This document shows positions 24,006 through 35,468 of a stretch of DNA of 64,000 bases, piece by piece. Both the position numbers and the translations under genes were made by a program. Numbering within the stretch: the first letter of the stretch is position 1; each line of letters starts with the position of its first letter. Source of the DNA: Callorhinchus milii (Eukaryota); NCBI RefSeq assembly GCF_018977255.1, contig NW_024704742.1, positions 76,944,001-77,008,000 of the forward strand, written 5' to 3'. The notes under the pieces were generated by a model. That model did not search any database and was not told where the DNA came from. It saw nothing but the letters and a program-made list of their open reading frames with translations.

Positions 24006-26779
24006 ACAACAACAACAAGATTCCATTTATAGAGCGCCTTTCACGTCGGGAGGACGTCCCAAGGCGCTGTACAGTTGGGTCAGGACCCGAGCAGGGGATA
24101 AAATGGTCAGGGTGAGGGGAGGGAAGGGAGGGAGCGAGGAGGGGGTAGAGAGTCGAGAGGGGAGCTGAAGGCACGGTCAAAGAGAAGGGTCTTGAGACCG
24201 GCCTTGAAGGAGGAAAGGGAGGAAGCAAGGCGAAGGCACTGGGGGATAGAGTTCCAGAGCCTAGGGGCTGAGAGGCTGAAGGTCCAGCCACCGATGGTAG
24301 GGCGGTTGGGGCGGGGGATGTGGAGCAGACCGGAGCCAGAGGAACGGAGGGTACGGGCAGATAATTAGGGGGTTAGTAGATCAGAGAGGTAGGAGGGAGC
24401 GAGGCTGTGAATGGCCTTGTAGATGAGGATCTTGAATTCGATCCTCTGGGGGATGGGGAGCCAGTGGAGGCGAGCGAGGGTGGGAGTGATGTGGTCGCGA
24501 AGCCCGGCGCGGGACAGTACACGAGCTGCAGAGTTCTGAATGACCTGCAGCTTGTGGAGGGAGGTGCCGGGAAGGCCGGCGAGGAGAGAGTTCCCATAGT
24601 CCAGCCTTGATGTGATAAAGGCGTGGACCAGAGTTTCAGCAGCGTGAAGGGTGAGGTAGTGCCGTAGTCTGGCGATGTTCTGGCGGTGATGGAAGGCGGT
24701 GCCAGTTGTGGCGCGGATGTGAGCGAGAAAGGACAGCTCAGGGTCGAACAGAACCCCAAGGTTCCTGATTGGCTTTGAGAGGTGGAGAGTGCAGCCTTGG
24801 ATGCTGATGCTGTCAGCGCCTGAGGTGCGGAGGCAATCAGGAGGGCCTCAGTTTTACGTATGTTGAGCTGAAGAAAGTTGTCTCTCGTCCAGGACTCGAT
24901 GTCAGACAGGCAGCTGTCAGGACATCGGTGGTCGTGGAGTTGAGGGTAGAGGAGGAAAGGTAGAGTTGGGTGTCATCCGCATACATGTGGAAGTTAACCC
25001 CATGTTTGCGGATGATGTCACCACAGGGGGAGCATATAGAGGGTGAAGAGGAGGGGACCGAGGACAGAGCCCTGAGGGAACGTCGGACTGAAGGGAGGTT
25101 TCGGAATAATTGAATGGGGTGGAGAGGATAAACGATGCGCAGGCTGGAGGAGGGACAAACTGGTCCGTTCAAGTAGGACCTTGGGAGCAGGGAAGGGGGA
25201 GGGTTGGAGATGGGGACCGGGTTTAGCTTGATGGGCGGTAGCTGCGACGCATCAAGGGAGGGTTTTTTAAAGGTGGGAGTGATGGTGGCAGTTTTTAAGG
25301 GAATGGGTCCAGAGATAAGGAGTGGAGTGGGGATGGGGTCAAGGGAGCAGGTGGTGGGCTTCAGGGATAGGATGAGTTTGGTGACAGAGGGTGGGGAAAC
25401 GGGTTCAAAACTGTGTAGGGGAGGATGGGTAAGAGTCGGAGTGTGGGAGGGAGGGGGTGGGGGTGGGTGGAAGTTGGAGGGGAAGTGACCGCGGAGCGGA
25501 TTCCCTTGATTTGGATTCAAGGAAATCCAGCATCTCCTCGCAGTGAAGGTTGGAGGAGATGACCTGCGCGGGGTGGCGGGGGGGACGGAGGAGTCGGGAT
25601 GTGGTAGAAAACAGTAGCCTGGGGTTGTTCTTCGCCTCCAGGATTATCCTGGAGTAGAAGGACGACTTGGCCGAGGCTAGAGTGGAGCGGTAGATTTTGA
25701 GGAGGTCCAGCCAGATTTGTCGGTGGACCGTTAGGCCAGATTTGACAGGTGCGTTCAGCGGCCCGCACCTGGCTCTTCAGTGAGCGGAGGTGGGTGGTGA
25801 ACCAGGGGGAGGAGCGAGAGTAGGAGACAGTACGGGAGGTGATGGGGGCAAGAGTGTCGAGTGTGGAGGAGAGGGTGTTGTGGAGGAGGGTGAGAGGAGA
25901 AGAGGGGTCAGTGAGGGTTGAAGGCCAGAGGGAGAGGAGTTCAGAGGACTCCAAGGCAACGGTTAGGGATTGTGGGGGTAACTTCTTCCAGAGGCGGTAG
26001 AAGATGGTGGTGGGTCGGGTGGAGGTGGTGAAGGAGATGAAGTGGTGATCGGAGACGGCTTTGTCGGTGATAGTGACATCTGAGACACTGAGGCCCCGGG
26101 TGATCACCAAGTCGAGTGGGTGGCCGTGACTGTGAGTGGGGGTGTTGATGTGGAGGGAGAGATTGAGCGAGGAGAGCAGTGAAGAGAAGTCCGAGGAGAT
26201 GGAGCAGGAGGGGATGAAGTGCAGGTTGAAGTCGCCCAGGATGATGAGGCGATCAGAGCAGAGGCAGAGAGATGTAAGAAGTGTCGAAATATCGGAGATG
26301 AAGGTGGGAGAGGTTTTAGGGGGCCGGTAGAGGAGGAGGATTTTGAGTGAGAGGAAGGAGGGGTGGGAGAGGGTGAGGTGCTCGAAAGAGGGGAAAGAGC
26401 CAGAGGAGTAGGGGAATAGGGCAAGTGGTGTCTTTGAGATAAGGGCTACACCACTGCCACGGCGGTTGGGGCGAGGGATGTGGTGGGAGGTGTAGCCGGG
26501 TGGTGTGGCCTCCGTGAGGGGGAAGGTGTCGCCTGGGGTGAGCCAGGTTTCCGTTAAGGCCATGATGTCAACGCTCTCATTAAGGATGAGATCGTTGATG
26601 ACCAGGGCCTTGTTACAGAGGGAGTGGACGTTTTGTAGTCCGATGTGGAGGGAGCGGTTGTGTGGGTGGGAGGGGATCCAGGTTGTGAGGCATGGATGGG
26701 GGAAATGGGGATGAGGGAGGAGAGGTTGGCTCCCCGGGTCTGTGTCTGGGGTGGCTGGCGACTGTGGTGGGGAATGGGG
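24006..26779 (-). mobile_element. Large L2 LINE: APE endonuclease, internally deleted RT and 3' tail (non-functional)
   Basis: ORF 25517-26563 has ALTETWL, YRPP, ILGDFNLH, LDLVI and [15 protein letters not shown] lies near 24975. There are frameshifts and a (GTT)n tail at 24006. Confidence 0.95.
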
Positions 26780-27060
26780 CAGGCGAGTGTGAACCCACTG
26801 AGGTGGATGATGGAGGAAAGGCGGTGGAGGAGGATGGTGTGATCGACTGTGTCAAACGCGGTGGAGAGGTCCAGAAGGATAAAGAGGCAGAGGGAGCCCT
26901 GGTCACAGACAGAGAGGATGTCATTTGAGACTTTCACAAGCGCAGTCTCTGTACTGTGGGCAGGGCGGAAACCGGACTGGAGGGGTTCGAAGAGGGAGTG
27001 GGAGGAGAGATGTGCACGGAGTTAATTGGCAACAACGTGTTCTAGGACTTCGGCAAGGAA
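26780..27060 (-). mobile_element. L2 RT segment (QSGFR..HSTETA to [13 protein letters not shown])
   Basis: Direct translation of the - strand. Confidence 0.9.
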
Positions 27061-27583
27061 ATATGGACCTCTTCTTCATATGCATCTCTTTTGTGATCAT
27101 CTTATGAAGCTCTTTGAGACGTCTCGATGACGTGATTAGGTGCTGTATCAAACATAAGTATTATTATTATTATCGGGTGTCACGGAATAGCACTCGTGGG
27201 TGGGAAGGCATGCAGTTTGGTTTCTACCTGCCAACACTTCAGCTGAAATCAACTAACTGAGTCATGGCTACAGATCAACTCTGGATGCTGGTGGATCTCT
27301 ACCAGCCCAGCCAGTGCTTTCAGCAACTGAGCTATTGGGAAGCTAATTAAATTATTTTTAAAACAAACAACCTATTCATTACATATGCTGAAGATAATGA
27401 ACATCTGGCAGTAAGAGCGTAATTTAATCTTTGGTTCTGCTGACATACAATGAGTGTTTAAGCTTTATTTTCAGTTTAACATTGTGGGAACAGCTCATTT
27501 TTGAGTTTCTGCCTGGTATTGAGTTCCTTTCTTGTATCCCGCTGGCAAGTGCGCGTCATTGCTTCTACCCTGTCTATACGTAC

Positions 27584-27736
27584 CATAGTTAAGCAAACAT
27601 GACTGTTTGCTCTTTGAAGCAGTTTTTGTGTTGATTATTTCCTGTTTCTATTTCAGTATGTTGACATTTTTGTTCACTTTCTCTCTTGTCTTCCCTTTCA
27701 CCAACCTCACTCTCCACAAGGTCATTGGCTCTAGCA
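27584..27736 (-). other. Candidate exon containing a stop codon (terminal coding exon or pseudo-exon)
   Basis: tattacag| acceptor and ATG|gtacgt donor, 153 nt. The phase 1 frame has a single TAG. Confidence 0.15.
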
Positions 27737-28303
27737 CTGTAATATGGCTCTGTCAATTTTGGCCATCCTTTGATATTGTATCCATGCAGCCATTCCTGAA
27801 CTGAAGCAAGGAGTGCTACCAGGCTACTCAACCTCTGCAAGGCATCACAATCAAGTCCAGTCCTTGCCTGACACTTAACCCGCTTTCCAGCAGGGGCCAC
27901 TGGATAGCATTCAGAAAGCTTTATACTCCAATCTGGCCCAGACGATCTGTGGCCAGGTGCACTGTCCCAATTCTCCCTTGTCATTAAGATAGCTAGCTCA
28001 GCTCAGTACAAACCTGGGAAGTTACGGGCACGTATGTAGCAATTTTACATTAGCCAATGGCTTTACCACTTGAGCCATAATGGGTATTCCTGATTTTTAC
28101 CTTCAAAAGAGTATCCTCAAGGGCCTCATTGTACATGATCAAAGGGCAAACTGGTCACATCTGGAAGATAATGAGCAGTTTTCAGTGTAAGATTACAAAA
28201 CAAATCATAGTTATTGAAAGTTTGTCACAAAGGAAACTGAACACTACCTGAATTACTATGTAGATTATAATAAAATCAGCATTGATCCATGCTAGGACCT
28301 TAC

Positions 28304-28408
28304 CTGTGCTGTTTTCTCCAGTTTCTTTATATTGAGCAATGAGCTTCAGTGGGCAGATTGCACCAGCTTGAGCACCAGCAAGGCCAATGTGCCCTAAGGC
28401 TTCATTTG
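28304..28408 (-). CDS. Candidate exon (NEALGHIGLAGAQAGAICPLKLIAQYKETGENST), unidentified - strand gene
   Basis: tatttacag| acceptor and CAG|gtaagg donor, 105 nt. Only the phase 1 frame is open. Confidence 0.35.
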
Positions 28409-29349
28409 CTGTAAATATTCGCTGATTTCATAATGCTTTAACCTCTATGGGAGAGGGGAAGTAAGCACTTTCAATTTTATAATAATTATTATAATTCCCA
28501 TGTTTGATCTAGTGCTGTATCCTGTTGTTGAAATGTCTCAAAGCACTTCACAGGATTTTACTGTGAAGCGTAGTGAGTGGATTTTGTAGGCAGAAGTAGT
28601 AACCAATTTGTGTACAGCAATGTTCCACAAACATCCATGAAATGAATGACTGATTTTTGGGGGGATTTCTCCCAGTGCCAGGGGAGAAATGGCACTGGGA
28701 GAAACTTTCTTCTCTTATTCAGTAGTGCCATGGAATTGTTAATGTCCACTTGAACAGGCAGGTGGGACGTTGGCTTAACGTTGTACCCCAAGGTCAGCTG
28801 CTGGGTGCAGAGCTGTAGCTAATTTGTTGTTTTTCCTCACCACTGGTACTGAAATCTCAGCTTGAAAAGTCAAGGTGGTTCTAAAGGTAAGAGAAAAATA
28901 GCACTGGAGAAAAATCACCAAGTTCAACTGACTGACTGGCTTCCCAAAGCCTCCAATGCTTCCTGCTTGGTCCCAAGCCCTCTTACCTACATTGGAAATG
29001 GCCACATATTTCCCTAGGCTACAATCCATCTTTTCAGAAATCAACAATGAAAGCAACACATGAGTAGAGTTTCAATGGGTTGCATGGGACTCATCTGTGT
29101 CTGTGCACAGGATTGGATATTATAAATAATAATAATCCTGCATTCGATATAGCATCTTATCACGTCTTTGAGGCATCTCAAAGCACTTCACAGAATATAC
29201 TGTAAAGTGAATAGACTGTACATTTTGTGAGCGAAACGTGCAGCCAATTGCATACAGATTGTGTGTATTGTTTAAGATCCCCATCATCAAAAAGTCACTA
29301 TGACCACTACCTAGTAGAAAACGGATCCATTCAGCCCTAGAAGCTCCTA

Positions 29350-29610
29350 TGTTTGGGCTCCAATCTGTGCTGAGTTAGCTGATCTCAGGTGGAGCAGCAA
29401 TCGGGGGTGTGGGGGGTGTGGTGAGTTTGCTACAAATAACCTCTGAACCCTAGGGCTCAGGGCAGGAAAAATCAGCCAGCGTTTCTACTGGATGCTATTC
29501 AGTAGCACCTGCTTGGACTATGGGGAAAGGATCAGTTTAGCAGTGACACTCCCGCCAATTACGTCTGCTGACATTTGCTGTCTTCGCTCACATGTGAAGA
29601 TCTGGTTTTG
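29350..29610 (+). mobile_element. LF-SINE-like element
   Basis: ctgtgctgagttagctgatctcag...gctacaa...aaaaatcagccag...aggatc. Confidence 0.7.
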
Positions 29611-29937
29611 AGTAAATTGAGTTTCATGGAATGCGAAGTCACTAAATGAAGAGACCTTGTTTAAATCTTGTATGCGAGATACATAAAGGAGGTAAAAGAG
29701 CATACAAAGAGTGAGTGTGACTCGGTGAGACCTGTCAGGCTAGTGATAGCTAAGTCTCCCTGTGGAAAGATAGAAAATGAAATGGCAGCTCAGCACAGAA
29801 TTAAAATCAGACTGAAACTATGAACGTCTCTCATCAGCTAGGAAATGTGACCATGTAAACGTGATTAAGTGGGGTCTCCTTGGAGCTGACTGGCTCCAAA
29901 GTGATGTGCTTAACAATGGATTGCCAGAATGAATTAC

Positions 29938-30082
29938 CATCTACGGTCTCGTCATCCAGTTCCTGTACTAGGTGGGTCTGCAGTATTCCAAGGCACTGCT
30001 GATGACAGCACAGCCAGCCTGGCTCATCGGCAGCACTTGTGGGGCACTGGGGGCAGTGCTCCACACTCAACTCTTTTAATCT
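29938..30082 (-). CDS. Candidate exon (RLKELSVEHCPQC...ELDDETVD), unidentified - strand gene
   Basis: ctttgtattgcag| acceptor and ATG|gtaatt donor, 145 nt. One open frame ending in phase 1, compatible with 28304-28408. Confidence 0.35.
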
Positions 30083-30344
30083 CTGCAATACAAAGGCCAA
30101 ACGGATAGGATGTTTCTAGCTAGGTAAGCATTGAGAAAGCTTGCTAAACTGTGCCGTCAACAGCAAGCTGTGCAGTTTTAGTGAGTTAAACACCAGCCGT
30201 ACCCCAGTCTGTGCCAAATGTAAGCGCTTTGAGACATCTCAATGATGTGATAAGGTGCTATATCAAATGCAAGTATTATTATTATTATTAATACTCTCTG
30301 GAAGCAAGATGAATCCCTCCAGGGAGAGTGTAAATTCGATTCCA

Positions 30345-30415
30345 TGGATTGCATTTGGTTTGGATACTCTTAAGCATGGTGTTGGGTTTTCTCGTGTGTC
30401 AGACACAAAAAAACC
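30345..30415 (+). repeat. Unclassified repeat (family B) with an A-rich 3' end
   Basis: ggtttggatactcttaagcatggtgttgggtt...gtgtcagacacaaaaaaa. Reverse-complement copies lie near 15340, 38620 and 60808. Confidence 0.7.
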
Positions 30416-30564
30416 CACGATAGTTATTCCTTGATACCTCAGATAGTAAATAAAGTCAGTGACTAGTGAAGCTCAGCCATACAGACACTGGATGCCCCCA
30501 GTTTAACCTTGGTCTATGTTAAGGCTACTCCATATTCTTACTCGTACTACAACTGAACAGTACC

Positions 30565-31630
30565 AACTTGTATTATACAGCACCCTCCACGCAGGGTAGT
30601 GTCTTAGGGTGCTTAATAGTGGCGGAGCCTACTCTGAGCTAGTGGGTGTGGGGGGGAGGTGACCGTAAACACAGTCGAAAAGGTAGATTTTCAGGCAGGA
30701 CTTGAAAAAGGGGAGAGAGGAGAAATGATGGAGGGGTTGAGGGAGAGTGTTCCAGAGTTTTGGGGCGTGGCGCGACCTCCAATGGTGGAGCGGAGGGTTC
30801 GAGGGAAGAGCAGGAGGCCGGTGCCAGTCGAGCGAAGACACCAGCTGGAAGATTGGGGAGTGCGGAGGTTGGAGAGGTACGGAGTGCTAGGGAGTGAATG
30901 GATTTGAACACGAGTGTGAGGATCTTGTAGTCGATCGGTTCGGTGATAGGGAGCCAGTGAAGCCTGGTCAGAACTGGTGAGATGGGGGTACAGAGTTTGG
31001 TCTGGATAAATGTGTGGGCAGCAGAGTTCTGAATCAGCTGGATCTTTTGAATAGTGCAGCTGGGGAGCCGGGGAGGAGAGGGTTTGAGTAATCCAGGTGG
31101 GAGGTGACAAATACATGCACAAGGGTTTTGGCTGCATTTTGAATAAGGTACGGTTGGAGGTGGGCAATGTGGTGGAGGAAGGTGGTCTTGGTCAGGGATC
31201 GGATGTGGGGGAGGAAGGACAGTTGAGGATCAAACTGGACACCTAGATTGCCCACTAGTTCGGTGAGTCTGAGGGAGAGCCTAGGGAGGTTGAGGAGTTC
31301 AGATCCACCGAGTGAAGACGTTGACAGGAGCCAAGGAGTATGGCTTCCATCTTGTCCACATTCAGCTGCAGGAAGTTTGCACTCATCCAGGCCCTGATGT
31401 CTGCCAGACAAGCTGATAGAACATCAGTGGACCTGGAGTTGGTACTGGAGGAGGCAAAGTAGATCTGTGTGTCATCCGCATACATGTGGAAGTTTACCCC
31501 GTGTCTGTGGATGACATCACCCAGAGGGAGCATGTAAATGAGGAAAAGAAGGGGGCCAAGCATGGAGTGCTGGGGCATCCCACAGGTGACCGGGCGGGGA
31601 CGGGAGGAGAAACCATTTGCCAAGCAAATG
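30565..31630 (-). mobile_element. L2 LINE RT to 3' end
   Basis: GMPQHSMLGPLLF, MYADDTQIY, NLGVQFDPQLSF, LDYSN. Confidence 0.92.
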
Positions 31631-31877
31631 CTCCAGTAAATTGTTAGTAAATGCTCTGCAATTGGCTTTAGCATACTTTTGTTTGAAAGTTGAAAAATTA
31701 GCTTCTACTCCATATCTAGTGAAACCTGTGGGAAAATGCCTTATGTACTTTGGTAGTTTTAAACTCAACCTCCCAATTCACTCAATGAATAAGAGCCACT
31801 TGTGTGACTGGACTGCGCTTGTAGGGGGAAAATGGTAGGTGGAAGGGGGTGGAATGGTAGGGGATGGAAAGAAAAAT

Positions 31878-32290
31878 TACAACAACTTGCATTTTGTGGG
31901 TGCATTCACCTGGGATGGAGTTCCATAGAGTGAGGGCAGAGAGGTTGAAAGCTTGCCTGCCAATGGTAGGGTGGGGGACATGAAGCAGGTCAGTCCTCGC
32001 TGAGTGAAGTGAGTGCCCAGCTTGTTTTGAGGAGATCGTGGATATAAGGTGGGGCAATACTGTGGAAAAATAAGGATCTTGAACTCAATCCACTGAGGGA
32101 TGTGGAGCCAATGGAGCTTAGTGAGGATAGGAGAGATAGGCTTATGGAGCCTGGTGTAGAAAACGATATGAACTGCAGAGTCTGGATAGTTTGGGGTCTT
32201 GCAGCCCAAGGGAAGAGATAATGGTGAAGATGTACAATGTTCTGGAGCTGAGAGGAAGATGAGTGAGTGAGAGTCTTAATCTGGTGTTCC
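31878..32290 (-). mobile_element. L2 LINE 3' fragment, decayed
   Basis: LHWLHIPQWIEFK; TLWNSIP. Confidence 0.75.
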
Positions 32291-33914
32291 CATCACCAGC
32301 TCCCTTCATTCCAAACATATCAAACCACTTTGGCACTAAAATGTAAGCCATTTAAATCTACTTAGACTGAAGTATAATCGTAAACCATTATCATATCTGC
32401 ATTTTGCTGAACTAGTGCATGATCATGCAATATTTTGCGGAATTAAGAATGATAAGTTCGCTCTGTCAGGTCAGTGATGATTGGAGCAACTGGCTCAGTC
32501 TCCACTAAAATTTGTTTTCTAGAAGAGATCCCAAGAGAGTTTTGGATGAAGACACTTCCCCTCCAAATTCCAGAATACCAACCCTGCTATTTTCCCATTA
32601 TAGAACCATTTACATTAATCCCCAAACAAAATCTCTACAGCACCAAACCCAAACATACTATTTTGAACTTGGTTTCATTTGATCAATTAAACTTAGAAGG
32701 CAAAGCTTTGGGACTCAGTATAGAAAGGTCAGGAGAAGCTGAAGCATTAAATGCATTAGATACAGAGGAAGCTTGGGAAGGAAAAGAAATCCCAATATAC
32801 ATTTGGCTTGTGCCCTGCGCACTGTGCTGCTTGAATGCCAGCAGTATCCCAATGCACATTCTGGTCTCCTCAAGCCTTGGCTCTTTCCAACCTGCATCTA
32901 ATACTCTCTAATAGGTACGCAGGGCACATCACCTCCAGATAGAGTGCACGTTCCGTCTTGACTGAATACCATGGAGATGCCAAATGTTTTTAAATGAAGC
33001 TGCAATGCTGTACACAATTTATAACATTTTAAAACCGTGGGTTATTGCAAACGTACTAAGCATCTGAATGTTTATGTAAGCCACTGGATTTGGAAGCTCT
33101 GACCCCTTGCTGAGAGTGAGCTGTGGAAGGGGAAAGGAGCTTATGTTGCAGCTCAGAAGTTTTTTGGGGTCAGCACAAAATGTCTGGCTTTATCCCTTTG
33201 AAGTATAAAGTGCCAAAGTCTCTTACACTGGAATAAAAGTGTGTTTAACATTTAAATTAAAACAATTTTTTTATTGAATCCTGTACATTTCTATTTTAGT
33301 CTTAACCCCTAGAGTAATTCCTTATATTTTTGCTATTGTTGATTATCGCCTTATTTTGCCACCAGCCAGTGTCTTATTTTTTGCCAATTGCTATTATTTT
33401 CTCAAATCTGGCTGCTTTCCAAAAAGGTTTACACTTGGCTTCATTAAATTACCTTCATGTAAGGTAGTACAGTTTATTCAATTGTCAATGCTATTCTGTT
33501 GATGTATAATGAACAAATGAGCTAGGGACAATATGCCGACAGCAGTGTTGACTAAAATGAAACTCTCAATATTTATTTCACATCTTTCATCAAAACAAAT
33601 GCCCACCAGGTGCAACATTCTTCCCTTCTCTCACACACCATGTCCTTGTTATAGCCATCTGGGATAATTGTCCCTTGTTAAAATCATCATTCTCAGCACC
33701 TGTCCCTGACCAAATCAGCTCCCACCCCTCTATTCATTTTTAAAAGACACTGTCACATATGGTGTGTATCTAATGGATCTCCAGTTAACATGTGGCACAC
33801 ATCAAATCCGTAGGTATCAGCAGCTTTATTACATGGGTTGTGTCTGGTCTCTAACACTTTAATATGGGCTTTATTTAAGAATGTTTCTTCCTTCATTATT
33901 ATAATGTAAGTTAT

Positions 33915-34665
33915 CAGCCTACCTCAGTTGGTAGTCAGACGGAGTTCTGTAGCTCAGTTGTTAGAGCACTTGCTTTGCAAGTGAGAGACCCGAGTTCAAT
34001 TCCATACAGGGCGAAACCTTGGGCAAGTTTCCTTACTCCACACGCCTAATAATAATCCCTCCAAAAAACCCAAAACAATAATAAATTGGTCATTTTCAAT
34101 CCACGACTGTTTGTGGGACATTGCTGTGCGCAATTGACTGCCGCGTTCGCCCACAAATATACAGTCAATTCACATTACAGTGTGTTCTGTGAAGCGCTTT
34201 GGGACGTCCTCCCGACGTGAAAAGCGCTATATCAAATGCAAGGATTATTATTATTATTATTATTATTGGTGATACTTTTCCTTCTGAGTTAGAAGGTTAT
34301 GCGTTCAATCCCCTCATTGGAATTTTTAACTTGCATTCCATGCTGATATTCCAATCTAGTGTTGAGGGAGATGAAACGTTAAACCTAGATCCCGTCTGCC
34401 TGTTCACATATCGTTAAAGATCCCATGGCACTATTCGAAAAAAGAAGGGAGTTTTTCCCAGTGTTCTGGCCAACAATTCCACAAAATAAAATTTGTCATT
34501 CACTTCATAGCTGTTTGTGGAACATTGTGTGCAAAATTTGCTGCCGTGTTTACCGACAAATGCACTCAACAGTAAAATTCTTTGAAGTGCTTTGAGATGT
34601 TTTCCTGACGTGAAAGGCGCTGCACTAAATACAAGGATGATGATGATGATTGTTATTATTTATTA
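33915..34665 (+). mobile_element. Older DeuSINE whose head is split by the young SINE at 33941-34268
   Basis: cagcctacctcagttggtag resumes as ...ctgagttagaagg..., followed by body, Deu core and tail. Confidence 0.75.
33941..34268 (+). mobile_element. Full-length young SINE, short subfamily
   Basis: tRNA head, Deu core, perfect tail stem-loop and (ATT)n. Confidence 0.92.
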
Positions 34666-35454
34666 ATAATATTGCTGCAAGTTTTCACAATACCTGCTGG
34701 CAGATGACAATGGGGAAGATGGAGGAGAATGAAATCATCATCAGATTCAATCCTCTCCTCTCGATGATGATAAGTGACTGCATCAGTTGCGAGCATTATT
34801 ATAAATTTCTAAGGATCTTGGTTCTGGCACAATAAATATTTTCCACTCTTTGCACATGTTGGTAGGAATGGATGGTTAGAAAGATGTAGCCCAAACTCTG
34901 TGGATCTCAATGTTGTGGTGAAAGACAAAATGTCCCATTTCCACTATGTTTGCCTCTTAAATCTCCTTTTCTGAAGAACAACTATCGGCGCTTAAGTGCA
35001 GCAAATCACTGCTTGCTAGTCATTTCCCATTTCCCTGTGTTTCTCCATGTAGTTGCTACAATTAATTTTAAAAACAACATTTCTAAACATAACATAACTT
35101 CATAGAGTTGCTGCCGACAATTGTGCCCCCAAAATTTATTTTATCCCCACAAAAAATCAGTTATGAGGAAAGAATTGGGGGAAGGTGGCCCAGCCTAGAA
35201 TAATTCATTGAAAAACTAATTGCTGGAATGGGTGACAACCTGCTTTGTCTACTGCAAATTCCGAGCTAATATAGTTGTAATATAACCAGTTTTTTTACTA
35301 GCAATCTAAGCTGTGCTCCATTTACACGACGACAGACTGATGAGAGAACCGAGTCGATTGCAATGGGTGCCCCATCACTGCCCTTTTGTTTCCTGTTTCC
35401 TGCAAAGTGCTTAGTGCACTCCGCTCTGCAAGTGTATTGTGGAGCATCACTCTG

Positions 35455-35468
35455 GTGTCCATGGCAAC
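35455..35468. promoter_or_regulatory. RFX X-box-like motif
   Basis: GTGTCCATGGCAAC against the consensus GTTNCCATGGNAAC, in a repeat-free CpG-containing block. Confidence 0.35.

Noticed and set aside
23449..24168. Gly/Glu-rich + strand ORFs (also 42104-42634 and others)
   Set aside because: They are antisense shadows of C-rich L2 coding strands.
25517..26563. 348 aa ORF as a host nuclease gene
   Set aside because: It is the APE domain of a frameshifted, internally deleted L2.
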